64,000 nt of DNA from a virus, in the IMG/VR virus record IMGVR_UViG_3300013233_000246, positions 29,126 through 93,125 of that record; one strand, 5' to 3'. Positions 31,529-39,875 of the stretch are shown piece after piece (the first letter of the stretch is position 1; the number at the start of each line of letters is the position of its first letter). A program made the translations under genes and the position numbers. The notes below the pieces were generated by a model, which saw only the letters and a list, made by a program, of their open reading frames with translations, was not told where the DNA came from and did not search any database.

Positions 31529-32722
31529 ATGAAACCTTTAAATAAATTACGTATAAACGCTGGTCTTCCAATGGATCTTACCATTGAAACTGCACCAGAT
31601 GTTGAAGGTAAGCAAATCACAGAAGCACGCGAAGCCCCAAGAATGTCCCGTGACTTAGCCACAACGGATAAGCGCAGTCTTGGTTCAAAAGTACGTGGTG
31701 TTGAACGTGCGATGGATCACATCAGACAGGCAATTGGTGTTTTAGAAAAAATCCCCGCAACTGATTATAGTGGTGAAATCCCTCACTTTATAAGCGAGCT
31801 TGAAGATTTGTTGGATGGTGATACCCGTAGTGGTATGACTGGTTATCTTGATACTATATCTGGCGAGCGCGATAATTTTGGCAAAGAACCAGAACTAGAA
31901 GCAGATCCTGAAGAAATGGATGCGGACATGGAAATGTCGGATGATCCAGAGATGGCTGTTGATGATGAAATGGGTGCAATGGATGATATGCCACCAGAAG
32001 AAGATGAAGTTATGCCCGAAGCTGATGATTTCATGAAAAATCTTACACCAAAGCAACAAGAACAACTAGCAGCTGCTATTGCCACGCTTAGTATTCTTAC
32101 CAATGGAAGCATGATTAAAGAAACTATGATGCGCGTTGCTAAGATAACAGGCAAAACTCTTGAAGAAGCGGCTGGTTATTATAATGTGAATTATGATAGT
32201 TGGGAAGATTCTTCGCGACCTGTTAATGTTTCCAATGGTTCTGCAAATGATGAACAAGTAATGGATACTATGTCTGATCCTAAGAAAGAAGGTCCAGAAC
32301 AAACAAAAACAATGGATCAGCAAGATAATTCACCTGTTGATAAATCTGGAGATGACTTATCTAACACAATCAAAATTCCTAAATATGTAACAAAGGGTTT
32401 GAAAGATGCTATTGCAGACTTTCGTAAATCTGAAAAGGATGAACAAAAACGAAACAAAGGATTTGCAAAAGACGCAGAATACCTTTATAGGGATTCTGCC
32501 CGTGCGTTTGAAGAATTATTGGAATTGCTCAATGGTAGTGTTTACGATTTTAAGCTTGCTCAAGTTAAAATGTCATCTTTGATGGGACCTATGCTTCATA
32601 AGATTCCACCCAAAATAGTTAAATTTATTGCATCCGGCGGTGAACCACAATCATTGAAAAGTTATATGACTGAGGTACCTAAGAAGTACCCAATCACTGG
32701 ACCACGGAATACAATGAAATGA
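31529..32722 (+). CDS. acidic hypothetical protein (possible prohead/internal protein)
   Basis: Follows late promoter; D/E/M-rich linker. Confidence 0.6.
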   Translation: MKPLNKLRINAGLPMDLTIETAPDVEGKQITEAREAPRMSRDLATTDKRSLGSKVRGVERAMDHIRQAIGVLEKIPATDYSGEIPHFISELEDLLDGDTRSGMTGYLDTISGERDNFGKEPELEADPEEMDADMEMSDDPEMAVDDEMGAMDDMPPEEDEVMPEADDFMKNLTPKQQEQLAAAIATLSILTNGSMIKETMMRVAKITGKTLEEAAGYYNVNYDSWEDSSRPVNVSNGSANDEQVMDTMSDPKKEGPEQTKTMDQQDNSPVDKSGDDLSNTIKIPKYVTKGLKDAIADFRKSEKDEQKRNKGFAKDAEYLYRDSARAFEELLELLNGSVYDFKLAQVKMSSLMGPMLHKIPPKIVKFIASGGEPQSLKSYMTEVPKKYPITGPRNTMK

Positions 32723-33189
32723 AAGTAAAAGATATTATAAGTGAAACATTCGGACAAGGATTCTCCAGTGGCGAAGACAATGGGTATGGTGAAAACTATG
32801 CTTCCGAAATGGAACAGGAAACTATTAATTCAGAAATGGCTGCCGATTATAAAAAGGATAGGACGCCTGTAAGTGAATTTGATATTGAAGAAATAAAACG
32901 TTTGGTCAGCCCTGCTGCTAGAAACAGCCGGGATGTTAAAAAGCAAGTTGATGGTGTTATTGCCGACTGGCAAGAAATGATGGATGAAGATTCATATATA
33001 GAAGATGATCTTTTCAATAAAACATATGCACAGTATAAAGCATTAAAAGATTCCAAAGATGAACCACTTATTAAATTTAATAAAATGCACGCAATAACAA
33101 AGGAAGTTAAGGATGCCGCAGATAAATTTGAAGAATATTCAAATAGTGATAAAGCGGATCAGTGGAAAGACGAAAAAGGTTATTTCTAA
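32719..33189 (+). CDS. putative internal head protein (MKVKDIISE)
   Basis: Shared N-terminal motif. Confidence 0.55.
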   Translation: MKVKDIISETFGQGFSSGEDNGYGENYASEMEQETINSEMAADYKKDRTPVSEFDIEEIKRLVSPAARNSRDVKKQVDGVIADWQEMMDEDSYIEDDLFNKTYAQYKALKDSKDEPLIKFNKMHAITKEVKDAADKFEEYSNSDKADQWKDEKGYF

Positions 33190-33194
33190 AAATA

Positions 33195-33383
33195 ATGAAA
33201 CTTAAAGAAGTGGCAAATAAGCCACTACAATATGGTGACCGAGTGGTACATGTGGACGAAGATTCAAAGTACGCAGGTCTTATTGGAAAGATAGTGGAAA
33301 TGAACCCTTCTATGGCGATGGTAAAATGGGAATTTCAAAATAAGCCAATAGCAATGACATTAAATGGATTGAAACGAGCATGA
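33195..33383 (+). CDS. small SH3/KOW-like protein
   Basis: LQYGDRVVHV...GLIGKIV. Confidence 0.5.
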   Translation: MKLKEVANKPLQYGDRVVHVDEDSKYAGLIGKIVEMNPSMAMVKWEFQNKPIAMTLNGLKRA

Positions 33384-34000
33384 AAGTAAAGGACATAGTA
33401 GAAGGTAGGCATCCGCACGATCAATATTATCGTCCAAAGCCAAAAAGCCAATTTAAAACTAAGCCCCGCCCAAAGAAAACCCTCCATTATACGAAGGATA
33501 TGTTTGATAATTGGGCAACTGACATTCGTACGCGATTTTCTGATGCTACTGCGTATTACGACGAAGAAAATGAAGAGGTTATAGCAACTTCACCCGATAA
33601 GAAACACACATATGGTAAATGGTCTAAGAATCGTAAAGGGGATTACAAAGGCGTATCCTTTTACAATAAAAGACCATTAAACACTGTTACGCGTTCAAAG
33701 CGGTTGACACCAACAGCAGAAGGATTGGATGTGAAAATATTAAAAGATTTGTTATTTGAAAATGAAACGGTAGAAGATCTTCCTGATGATTTAGTTAATC
33801 AACTAGAACAGCGGGCACAGGATGAAAGGTCGGCAGGCGGATCTGTTGAAATTAATTATGGTTTGCCTTATGTTGCCGTAACCATGTCAGATGGCGCAGA
33901 ATATTTTTTCCAGGGTGAAGAAGCTGATGATTTGTTGTCGGAAGTACCAGACAACATACACCCAGAAGATTTTATATTGATGATAGCACAGAATTGGTAA
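33380..34000 (+). CDS. putative internal head protein (MKVKDIVE)
   Basis: Shared N-terminal motif plus an internal copy. Confidence 0.55.
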   Translation: MKVKDIVEGRHPHDQYYRPKPKSQFKTKPRPKKTLHYTKDMFDNWATDIRTRFSDATAYYDEENEEVIATSPDKKHTYGKWSKNRKGDYKGVSFYNKRPLNTVTRSKRLTPTAEGLDVKILKDLLFENETVEDLPDDLVNQLEQRAQDERSAGGSVEINYGLPYVAVTMSDGAEYFFQGEEADDLLSEVPDNIHPEDFILMIAQNW

Positions 34001-34006
34001 TATGAT

Positions 34007-34432
34007 ATGAAAATGATACAAGCTTTATTAGAAATGTCACAACAAAATATAGTTCTTAGAACTAATGATATTGATGAATATAATGCCTTTATTGATAAGG
34101 CATCAAGACCAGACAACGATTACCATTATGAAGAAGTCCCAGACAAAAATGGTACTGGTCTTTATGATATTATCGTAGAAGTATTTGATTATGCGAGATC
34201 ACCTCAAACTAGACACGATCCAGAAAGTGTTGATATAGATTGGGATGTAGTATATTATGGTTCTGGGGATTTTGATAATGAACGCGATTTTTATATTGTC
34301 AAAGGGAGTATAGAATTGCCAGATAACGTAGAACAAGATATTGAACAACGTCTTATGGAAGATCAGGATGATCAAAAAGCTAACGAATATGATGATCGTG
34401 GTGATTACGAATACGATAGGAATATGAATTAA
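34007..34432 (+). CDS. acidic hypothetical protein
   Basis: ORF in late operon. Confidence 0.55.
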   Translation: MKMIQALLEMSQQNIVLRTNDIDEYNAFIDKASRPDNDYHYEEVPDKNGTGLYDIIVEVFDYARSPQTRHDPESVDIDWDVVYYGSGDFDNERDFYIVKGSIELPDNVEQDIEQRLMEDQDDQKANEYDDRGDYEYDRNMN

Positions 34433-34434
34433 TT

Positions 34435-35049
34435 GTGAAAGTTAATGATATTCTTTGCGAAGCCAATCGTAACAAAATAATTTTAGTAGACTTTCAACCA
34501 GTATATCTAAATGGTGGTTATGGTCACGACGAAGCCCTAGAAAATGTAATAGAATCCCTCAATAAAATGAACCCTACGGATATTTTAGTATTTTATAATG
34601 GCGAAGAAGTTAGTATTGAAGATACATCTGATGAAGTTTTACAAATGTACATTGAACGTGGTTTAGATGAAAACATCGCAAGTAATATGAAATTTCGTGA
34701 AAAGTCTTATGCATGGCTTCGTAATTTTATGGACGCTGGTATGGACGCTTCGTTGATAATTGCTATAATAAGATACATGGCAATGAACAGAATAAATGAT
34801 TCGCGAGATATAGATCCAGAAACGATGTCTAGTATAATAGGTAAAGAAAACTACGAAGAATGGGAAGATCTTATTGAAGGTGGTGGTATGATTAATATAC
34901 CAGACATAGCAATTGATGAATTGAAGGCAATGTCCGGTGCGTTAATTGGCGGTGGTGGTGAACATGAATGTCTTAAAGAAATTCAATTGCTTATGAACGC
35001 ATTCAATATAAAATACAAAGAAGTTCAAGATTGGATTTACGGTGGTTGA
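34435..35049 (+). CDS. isochorismatase/cysteine-hydrolase-like protein
   Basis: ILVDFQ, EKSY, GGGEHECL suggest a D-K-C triad. Confidence 0.5.
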   Translation: MKVNDILCEANRNKIILVDFQPVYLNGGYGHDEALENVIESLNKMNPTDILVFYNGEEVSIEDTSDEVLQMYIERGLDENIASNMKFREKSYAWLRNFMDAGMDASLIIAIIRYMAMNRINDSRDIDPETMSSIIGKENYEEWEDLIEGGGMINIPDIAIDELKAMSGALIGGGGEHECLKEIQLLMNAFNIKYKEVQDWIYGG

Positions 35050-35081
35050 TAAATTATTTTTAAAAATAATTAAAAAAAGAG

Positions 35082-35110
35082 TTGACAAATGAAAAAAGGT
35101 GGTGTATAGT
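35082..35110 (+). promoter_or_regulatory. sigma70 promoter of the tRNA array
   Basis: A-rich UP element, TTGACA-17-TATAGT. Confidence 0.8.
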
Positions 35111-35216
35111 CCACACCATACCTGCAAAGACAAATGAAAAGTTTTTTGCAACAAGCATATATAGTATTAAGAGACAAATAAATTTTAACGCGGAAACGCA
35201 TACAAAAGAGAACGTA

Positions 35217-35372
35217 ATGACTTCAACAATAAGACAATATACAAACTGGTTATTTATGCAACCCTTACATCAAGGGCAGAGTTCATTGCGTCCATGTTCT
35301 ATAGATATGGAACTACGAGGTTATGAACCTAGTAAGCCTTTTGTGGCGGATTCAAAGGAGAAAACATACTGA
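35217..35372 (+). CDS. putative attenuator leader peptide (51 aa)
   Basis: Short ORF containing the antiterminator strand 35332-35345. Confidence 0.6.
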   Translation: MTSTIRQYTNWLFMQPLHQGQSSLRPCSIDMELRGYEPSKPFVADSKEKTY

Positions 35373-35401
35373 TAAAGTAGCAATCTCGAAAAGAATTTCA
35401 C

Positions 35402-35433
35402 AAAAGGCTTACCCAAAAAGGTAAGCCTTTTTT
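35402..35433 (+). terminator. intrinsic terminator with a competing antiterminator
   Basis: aaaaggcttacc-caaaaa-ggtaagcctttt + T; 5' arm also complementary to 35332-35345. Confidence 0.85.
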
Positions 35434-35446
35434 GCGTTTGGAGGAT

Positions 35447-35590
35447 ATGAAAATGTTACATAAGTTTTTAAAAGTTTTCATTATCAAAGTAGAACGACAA
35501 GTGAAAGCTAAAGTGGCTCTAACACCACTACAACGAAAGTTGTTAATGTTAGAAATGAAGAAACGAAGAGAACTTAAGAATCAGAGGTAA
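35447..35590 (+). CDS. small basic protein (47 aa)
   Basis: GGAGG SD; MKMLHKFLK...KKRRELKNQR. Confidence 0.45.
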   Translation: MKMLHKFLKVFIIKVERQVKAKVALTPLQRKLLMLEMKKRRELKNQR

Positions 35591-35808
35591 TTAGCGGAAC
35601 GCTTAGATACTAATTACTTTGTAGAAAAACGGTTTACGTGCCACCGGTAGGGTTGAAATTCCCCCCGATCACGTAAAGGAACTTATCCTATATTTAGCGA
35701 GATAGGGTACCCACCATCGCGGAAATTGAACTGTAAAACCAGTCCCGTCAAAGTTAATTATCGTGTCGTATCGCACGTAAAAAATGGATACATGATTTTA
35801 ATATTAAA

Positions 35809-35884
35809 CTCTCTGTAGTGTAGCCTGGCAACACGGTCCGTTTGGGGCGGAGCATCGTAGGTTCAAATCCTACCAGAGAGACCA
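35809..35884 (+). tRNA. tRNA-Pro(TGG)
   Basis: Cloverleaf, TGG anticodon, CCA. Confidence 0.85.
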
Positions 35885-35889
35885 AACAT

Positions 35890-35962
35890 CGGAGTGTATT
35901 GTCAGCTTGGTCAGACGGCCGGTTTTGGATACCGGAGGCCGTGGGTTCGAATCCCACCACTC
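35890..35962 (+). tRNA. tRNA-Pro(TGG), 3' end truncated
   Basis: ccggt-TTTGGAT-accgg; acceptor 3' strand ends at CACTC. Confidence 0.7.
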
Positions 35963-36018
35963 ATTATAAGTTCAGGTATTGTACTTTGAACTTACTTAAA
36001 TATATAGAAGAATAACAG

Positions 36019-36885
36019 CTATAAAGGCACTTTATTGTATTTTTCGTTCCACTTAACTATACGGATTTTTAGTTCTTCTAATGTTATAGAACTATTTCCA
36101 TTTTTACTATTATTACCACATTTTCCGTTATGTAACATTATTTTACAGTTTGTGGGATGTGCTAATATTTTTGGATTGATTTGTTTAGAAAATCCTTCAC
36201 TAACGGAATATAAATGGTCACGCGAAACACCAGTCAAGTTTGGTTTTGGATTTTTGCTTTTATAACCATTTGGTGAATACCACCCATATTTTTCTATAAG
36301 AGCGATATCAAATTCTTCTGGATATTGATATACATTAAAATTAAAATTGCATCTAGTTCTATAATGGCGAATATTCGGTGAACAAGATTGACAATACTTT
36401 TGATAAGTTTTTGTGGCAAATTGAATACCACAACATTTACAAGTGTTTGTAACTATTATAGAATGATCTTTACCCTTGCATTCAATGCAAATATTATTTC
36501 TTTTCTTTATATTTCTATGATGTCTTACATAATAATCATTGTGACACAGATTGCATTTGGTAAATTGTATTTTGCTGAATTTTGGTTCTGAATTTCCATA
36601 TCTTCCTGTCTTTTTACGATTGGGATATATCCTGTTTCGTAGGGTGTTACCTATTTCTATATTAGTTTCGGCGGATCTTTCGCGTCTAGTGTTGTGGTGG
36701 CTTGCTGCACAAGAGCTAGAACAAAATATCTTGTAGCTACGATACGGCAATACTTCACCACAATGTTTACAATAATCAGGATTTAATAAATATTTCTTTT
36801 TATTGGCGATGGCTTTAGCACGACTGGCTGCACCTGCTCTTTTACCAAAGTTTTTATTTTGTGGTCTATTTGCTAAATTAGTCAT
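36019..36885 (-). mobile_element. HNH-like homing endonuclease with Zn-finger repeats
   Basis: CxxC and FCSSSC motifs; VSRDH...HPTNC...N..K. Confidence 0.75.
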
Positions 36886-36957
36886 ACGTAGTGTTACCTT
36901 ACTATGTATTTATGGTTCAAGTCCTACGACATACACTTAAAAATATTAAAAATTAAC

Positions 36958-37047
36958 GGAGAATGCAATAAGGTTAGCAGGTGCTGACATTGAGCTGTAA
37001 CCTCAATCCCTATGGGCATGGCGTTCGATACGACCCTTTCTCCACCA
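36958..37047 (+). tRNA. atypical tRNA-Tyr(GTA)
   Basis: ttgag-CTGTAAC-ctcaa; GGAGAA/TTCTCC-ACCA; aberrant linker and T-arm. Confidence 0.65.
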
Positions 37048-37049
37048 AA

Positions 37050-37682
37050 TTAAGTATAGTATTGTTTAATGACTTTTGAACTTCCACCGATATCGATTAT
37101 AGCTGGACGGTTTTGGTAGATTCCCCAATTTGCCAATCTTCTTAAATCTCCATGAGCAATATCATAGTTACCAATAAGGTCAACAAGACTATCAAGATAA
37201 TCATTCTCTTCAATTAATTGTTGGTATCTTTCGGTTTCTTCTGGACTTACATTAATTTTGCCTGAACCATATTCAGCAACTCGTATTGCTTCATCTGGTG
37301 TCAAACCACTAAAGAATTTTTTGAATTGTGTTGGCTTCATTTTGTCAGCCTTTTCCATATGAATCCAAACTGGTGATTCATTTTCCTCATCATAATCAAT
37401 CATGGGGATGTTAAGACCAAGACCAGTGAAATAATAGTCATCAAGCATCTGTGATTCATAATCATTTTGTGCAATGCCTTTTTTATTCTTTGCAACTTTT
37501 AAAACAGTCGGACGACCTTCATATTCAATTTCGAAGGCAACACGCGAAGATCCTGTGCCAAGTTTTTGTGCACGTTCAACAGCGTAACGGATTCTTGATG
37601 CAAACGAAGTGTTTGATTTATAAGCGGATTTATCCCAATCATCTGGTAACGGGGCTTCTTTTAAGATGTCTTTAACTTTCAT
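37050..37682 (-). CDS. protein-kinase-like phosphotransferase with MKVKDILKE N-terminus
   Basis: LGTGSSR, VLKVAK, E, HGDL...NWG, IIDIG. Confidence 0.7.
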   Translation of the reverse strand: MKVKDILKEAPLPDDWDKSAYKSNTSFASRIRYAVERAQKLGTGSSRVAFEIEYEGRPTVLKVAKNKKGIAQNDYESQMLDDYYFTGLGLNIPMIDYDEENESPVWIHMEKADKMKPTQFKKFFSGLTPDEAIRVAEYGSGKINVSPEETERYQQLIEENDYLDSLVDLIGNYDIAHGDLRRLANWGIYQNRPAIIDIGGSSKVIKQYYT

Positions 37683-37705
37683 TACTTTATTTATCAAAAT
37701 ACAAT

Positions 37706-37780
37706 GCCCTTGTGAGTCAATTGGAAACGGTCGGCCTTCTAAGCCTAACAATGCGGGTTCGAATCCTGCCAAGGGTGCCA
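37706..37780 (+). tRNA. tRNA-Arg(TCT)
   Basis: Loop CTTCTAA, GTTCGAATC, GCCA end. Confidence 0.8.
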
Positions 37781-37841
37781 AATTATGGACTGGTCTACAG
37801 TGAATGTCATGACATAGTGAAATAGAAGGCTCATCCCTTCG

Positions 37842-38321
37842 TCAGTCCCCCTTAATAATTTTAGTTTTATTTTTCCCCCTATATGTTGGGGTTTGTGCAT
37901 GACAGTTAGGGCACAAAAGCCGTAGGTTTGACAATTCGTTGTTGGTATTATCACCGTTAATGTGGTCTAATTCCATCGGAGCTTTTTCACCCTGCCATTC
38001 AGTGATACCACAACAAGAACATTTATGTTCAAACACACTAGCATCAATTAAATATTGTCTTAATTTGCTGGATTGTATGTTAGACGTTTTTGTAAGATAT
38101 TCTTTTATATCTTTTCTTCTGTTTGTTAACCTTTTACCAGCTGTCCACGCTTGCCCAGAAAAATGAGAAGTATCTATATTGAAGTATTTTACTGCCTTTT
38201 AAAATACTTGATAATTTCCTCCGTACGCAGCCACTTCTAATTTTAATAACGCTTGACGTATTGATATTGATGTTTTAACGGATTCTTTTAGTTCTTCTAA
38301 TGTGTATTTGTGTAACTTCAT
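37842..38321 (-). pseudogene. HNH endonuclease with in-frame TAA at codon 41
   Basis: GGNYQVF*KAVKYFNIDTSHF...ELDHING...NLRLLCPNCH. Confidence 0.8.
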
Positions 38322-38388
38322 AAACTATAACCTAAAATGGTAATGATGATTGGTAGAAAATCGCTTTACTGTATTTATAATTAAATTT

Positions 38389-38470
38389 GCCTCGCTACGC
38401 AATTTGGTATCGCGGCGGGATTTAAAATCCCGTGTTATGTCTCCCGGTTCGAATCCGGGGCGAGGCACCA
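38389..38470 (+). tRNA. tRNA-Leu(TAA)
   Basis: cggga-TTTAAAA-tcccg, CCA. Confidence 0.85.
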
Positions 38471-38659
38471 AATTAGAAGTGTTGGGGAAAGTTGCTGCAA
38501 CAATATAACTCAACACATCGGGGATGGAATGAATTGCAATTCTGAACATCCTTAACTTGCTAGAGGTCAGGCGGCGAATCGTGTACGAGCCTGAATGGTG
38601 CAGCGTGGAGTTGTAACCAACGAATGATTACTTAGGTTGGTGGTAGGTTAAAAATAAAT

Positions 38660-38733
38660 GACTTGTTGGTATAATGGTATTATGGGAAGCTGCAACCTTC
38701 CAGACGCGTGTTCGATTCACGCACAAGTCTCCA
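38660..38733 (+). tRNA. tRNA-Cys(GCA)
   Basis: ggaag-CTGCAAC-cttcc, TCCA. Confidence 0.88.
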
Positions 38734-38734
38734 A

Positions 38735-39004
38735 TTATAAATCTTTCTGGGAACCTTCTTCTGAAAGATTTAAATCACTATGCAGATATAAATTTTCATA
38801 TTGTTTTTTACTAAATTTAAGGATTGAAGATGTTTTAATTACCCAATGATTTTCAATATCATCGTGTACATTTTCTTCAATCCATTTATCGCCATCTTCT
38901 TTTGTAATCAAATCGGTTTGCATGAAGATATATTTCTGGTCTGGTGTAAAGAATGCGTGTTGTTTAGATTTAATCACTTCTGGCATGTGAATAACTGAAT
39001 ACAT
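38735..39004 (-). CDS. hypothetical protein
   Basis: AGGAG SD and late-type motif upstream. Confidence 0.55.
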   Translation of the reverse strand: MYSVIHMPEVIKSKQHAFFTPDQKYIFMQTDLITKEDGDKWIEENVHDDIENHWVIKTSSILKFSKKQYENLYLHSDLNLSEEGSQKDL

Positions 39005-39070
39005 ATTAATTCTCCTAAAACCATATTTATAACTGAATACATATTAATTCTCCTAAAACCATATTTATAA
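38991..39070. repeat. exact 38-bp tandem duplication
   Basis: ataactgaatacatattaattctcctaaaaccatattt x2. Confidence 0.9.
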
Positions 39071-39081
39071 AAAGAATCTAT

Positions 39082-39159
39082 TGCCCTGTAGCATAATTGG
39101 AATAATGTCCAACGCTTTGAACGTTGTTGATATCGGTTCGAGTCCGATCAGGGTTGCCA
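39082..39159 (+). tRNA. tRNA-Gln(TTG)
   Basis: caacg-CTTTGAA-cgttg, CCA. Confidence 0.85.
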
Positions 39160-39165
39160 AACTAT

Positions 39166-39242
39166 AGCAAGGTTCGGGACGGTTTCATGAGCCGTTTTGG
39201 GTAGCGCACCCCCCGAAGGTTAATAGCCTTCCCTTGCGACCA
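39166..39242 (+). ncRNA. D-armless tRNA-like RNA, CAT anticodon
   Basis: GCAAGG/CCTTGC acceptor, acggt-TTCATGA-gccgt, gaagg/ccttc arm, ACCA. Confidence 0.6.
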
Positions 39243-39374
39243 ATACTATGTGGGATGATACACGGTTTTATCGCCGTGCCCACTCCAAACATGTAGACGC
39301 TACCACGGTAATGCATTCTGTGGAAAGCGAAGCGGGTGGAATCCCCGCTGCCAAATTTAAATGAGGAAAATGTT

Positions 39375-39557
39375 ATGAAAGTTGAACAGGATTTAGATGG
39401 GTTTTGGACAGTATATAGTAGTATGTTTGATTATATGGCGTATGGAAATACACAAGAAGAAGCATTGGAAAATTTTGAAAAAGGATTACATGCTACTATC
39501 ATAGAAAGGGAAAAGGCGGGGCTGTATCCTGTTTCTAATATGGATCAATATCTATAA
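39375..39557 (+). CDS. HicB-like small protein
   Basis: AYGNTQEEALENFE motif; GAGG SD. Confidence 0.55.
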   Translation: MKVEQDLDGFWTVYSSMFDYMAYGNTQEEALENFEKGLHATIIEREKAGLYPVSNMDQYL

Positions 39558-39589
39558 CATAAATACATAATCATATTGAGGAATTGGTT

Positions 39590-39796
39590 ATGTTATTGAA
39601 TGAAATCGCAAAAGTTATAAATTTTCCAACTAAAAAGAAGAAAAAGAAATCAGAAGACATAAAAATACCAGACACGATTGGTGCACCTGCATCAGATTCT
39701 GTCAGTAATAAGCGACGTGCAAAATTATCCCCATCTGATCAGCTTAGAGATGTTGCACGTCAATTAAGAAATAAAATAAATGCTCCGGACGACTAA
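39590..39796 (+). CDS. small basic protein
   Basis: CATAAATA and GAGGA SD upstream. Confidence 0.5.
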   Translation: MLLNEIAKVINFPTKKKKKKSEDIKIPDTIGAPASDSVSNKRRAKLSPSDQLRDVARQLRNKINAPDD

Positions 39797-39869
39797 TTGG
39801 CGGGTCACCAGACTTTCAATCTGGCGGTGGTAAAACACTAAGTGGGTTCGAATCCCATTCGGAGCACCA
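39782..39869 (+). tRNA. tRNA-Glu(TTC) with long variable arm
   Basis: ccaga-CTTTCAA-tctgg, ACCA. Confidence 0.8.
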
Positions 39870-39875
39870 AACAAT

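Noticed and set aside
35754-35960. ORFs such as MVGFEPT..., also 39984-40351, 43366-43632, 45153-45598 and 48083-48298
   Set aside because: Shadow translations of tRNA genes or their antisense strands.
38991-39070. CRISPR array
   Set aside because: Two adjacent copies with no spacer, and no cas genes.
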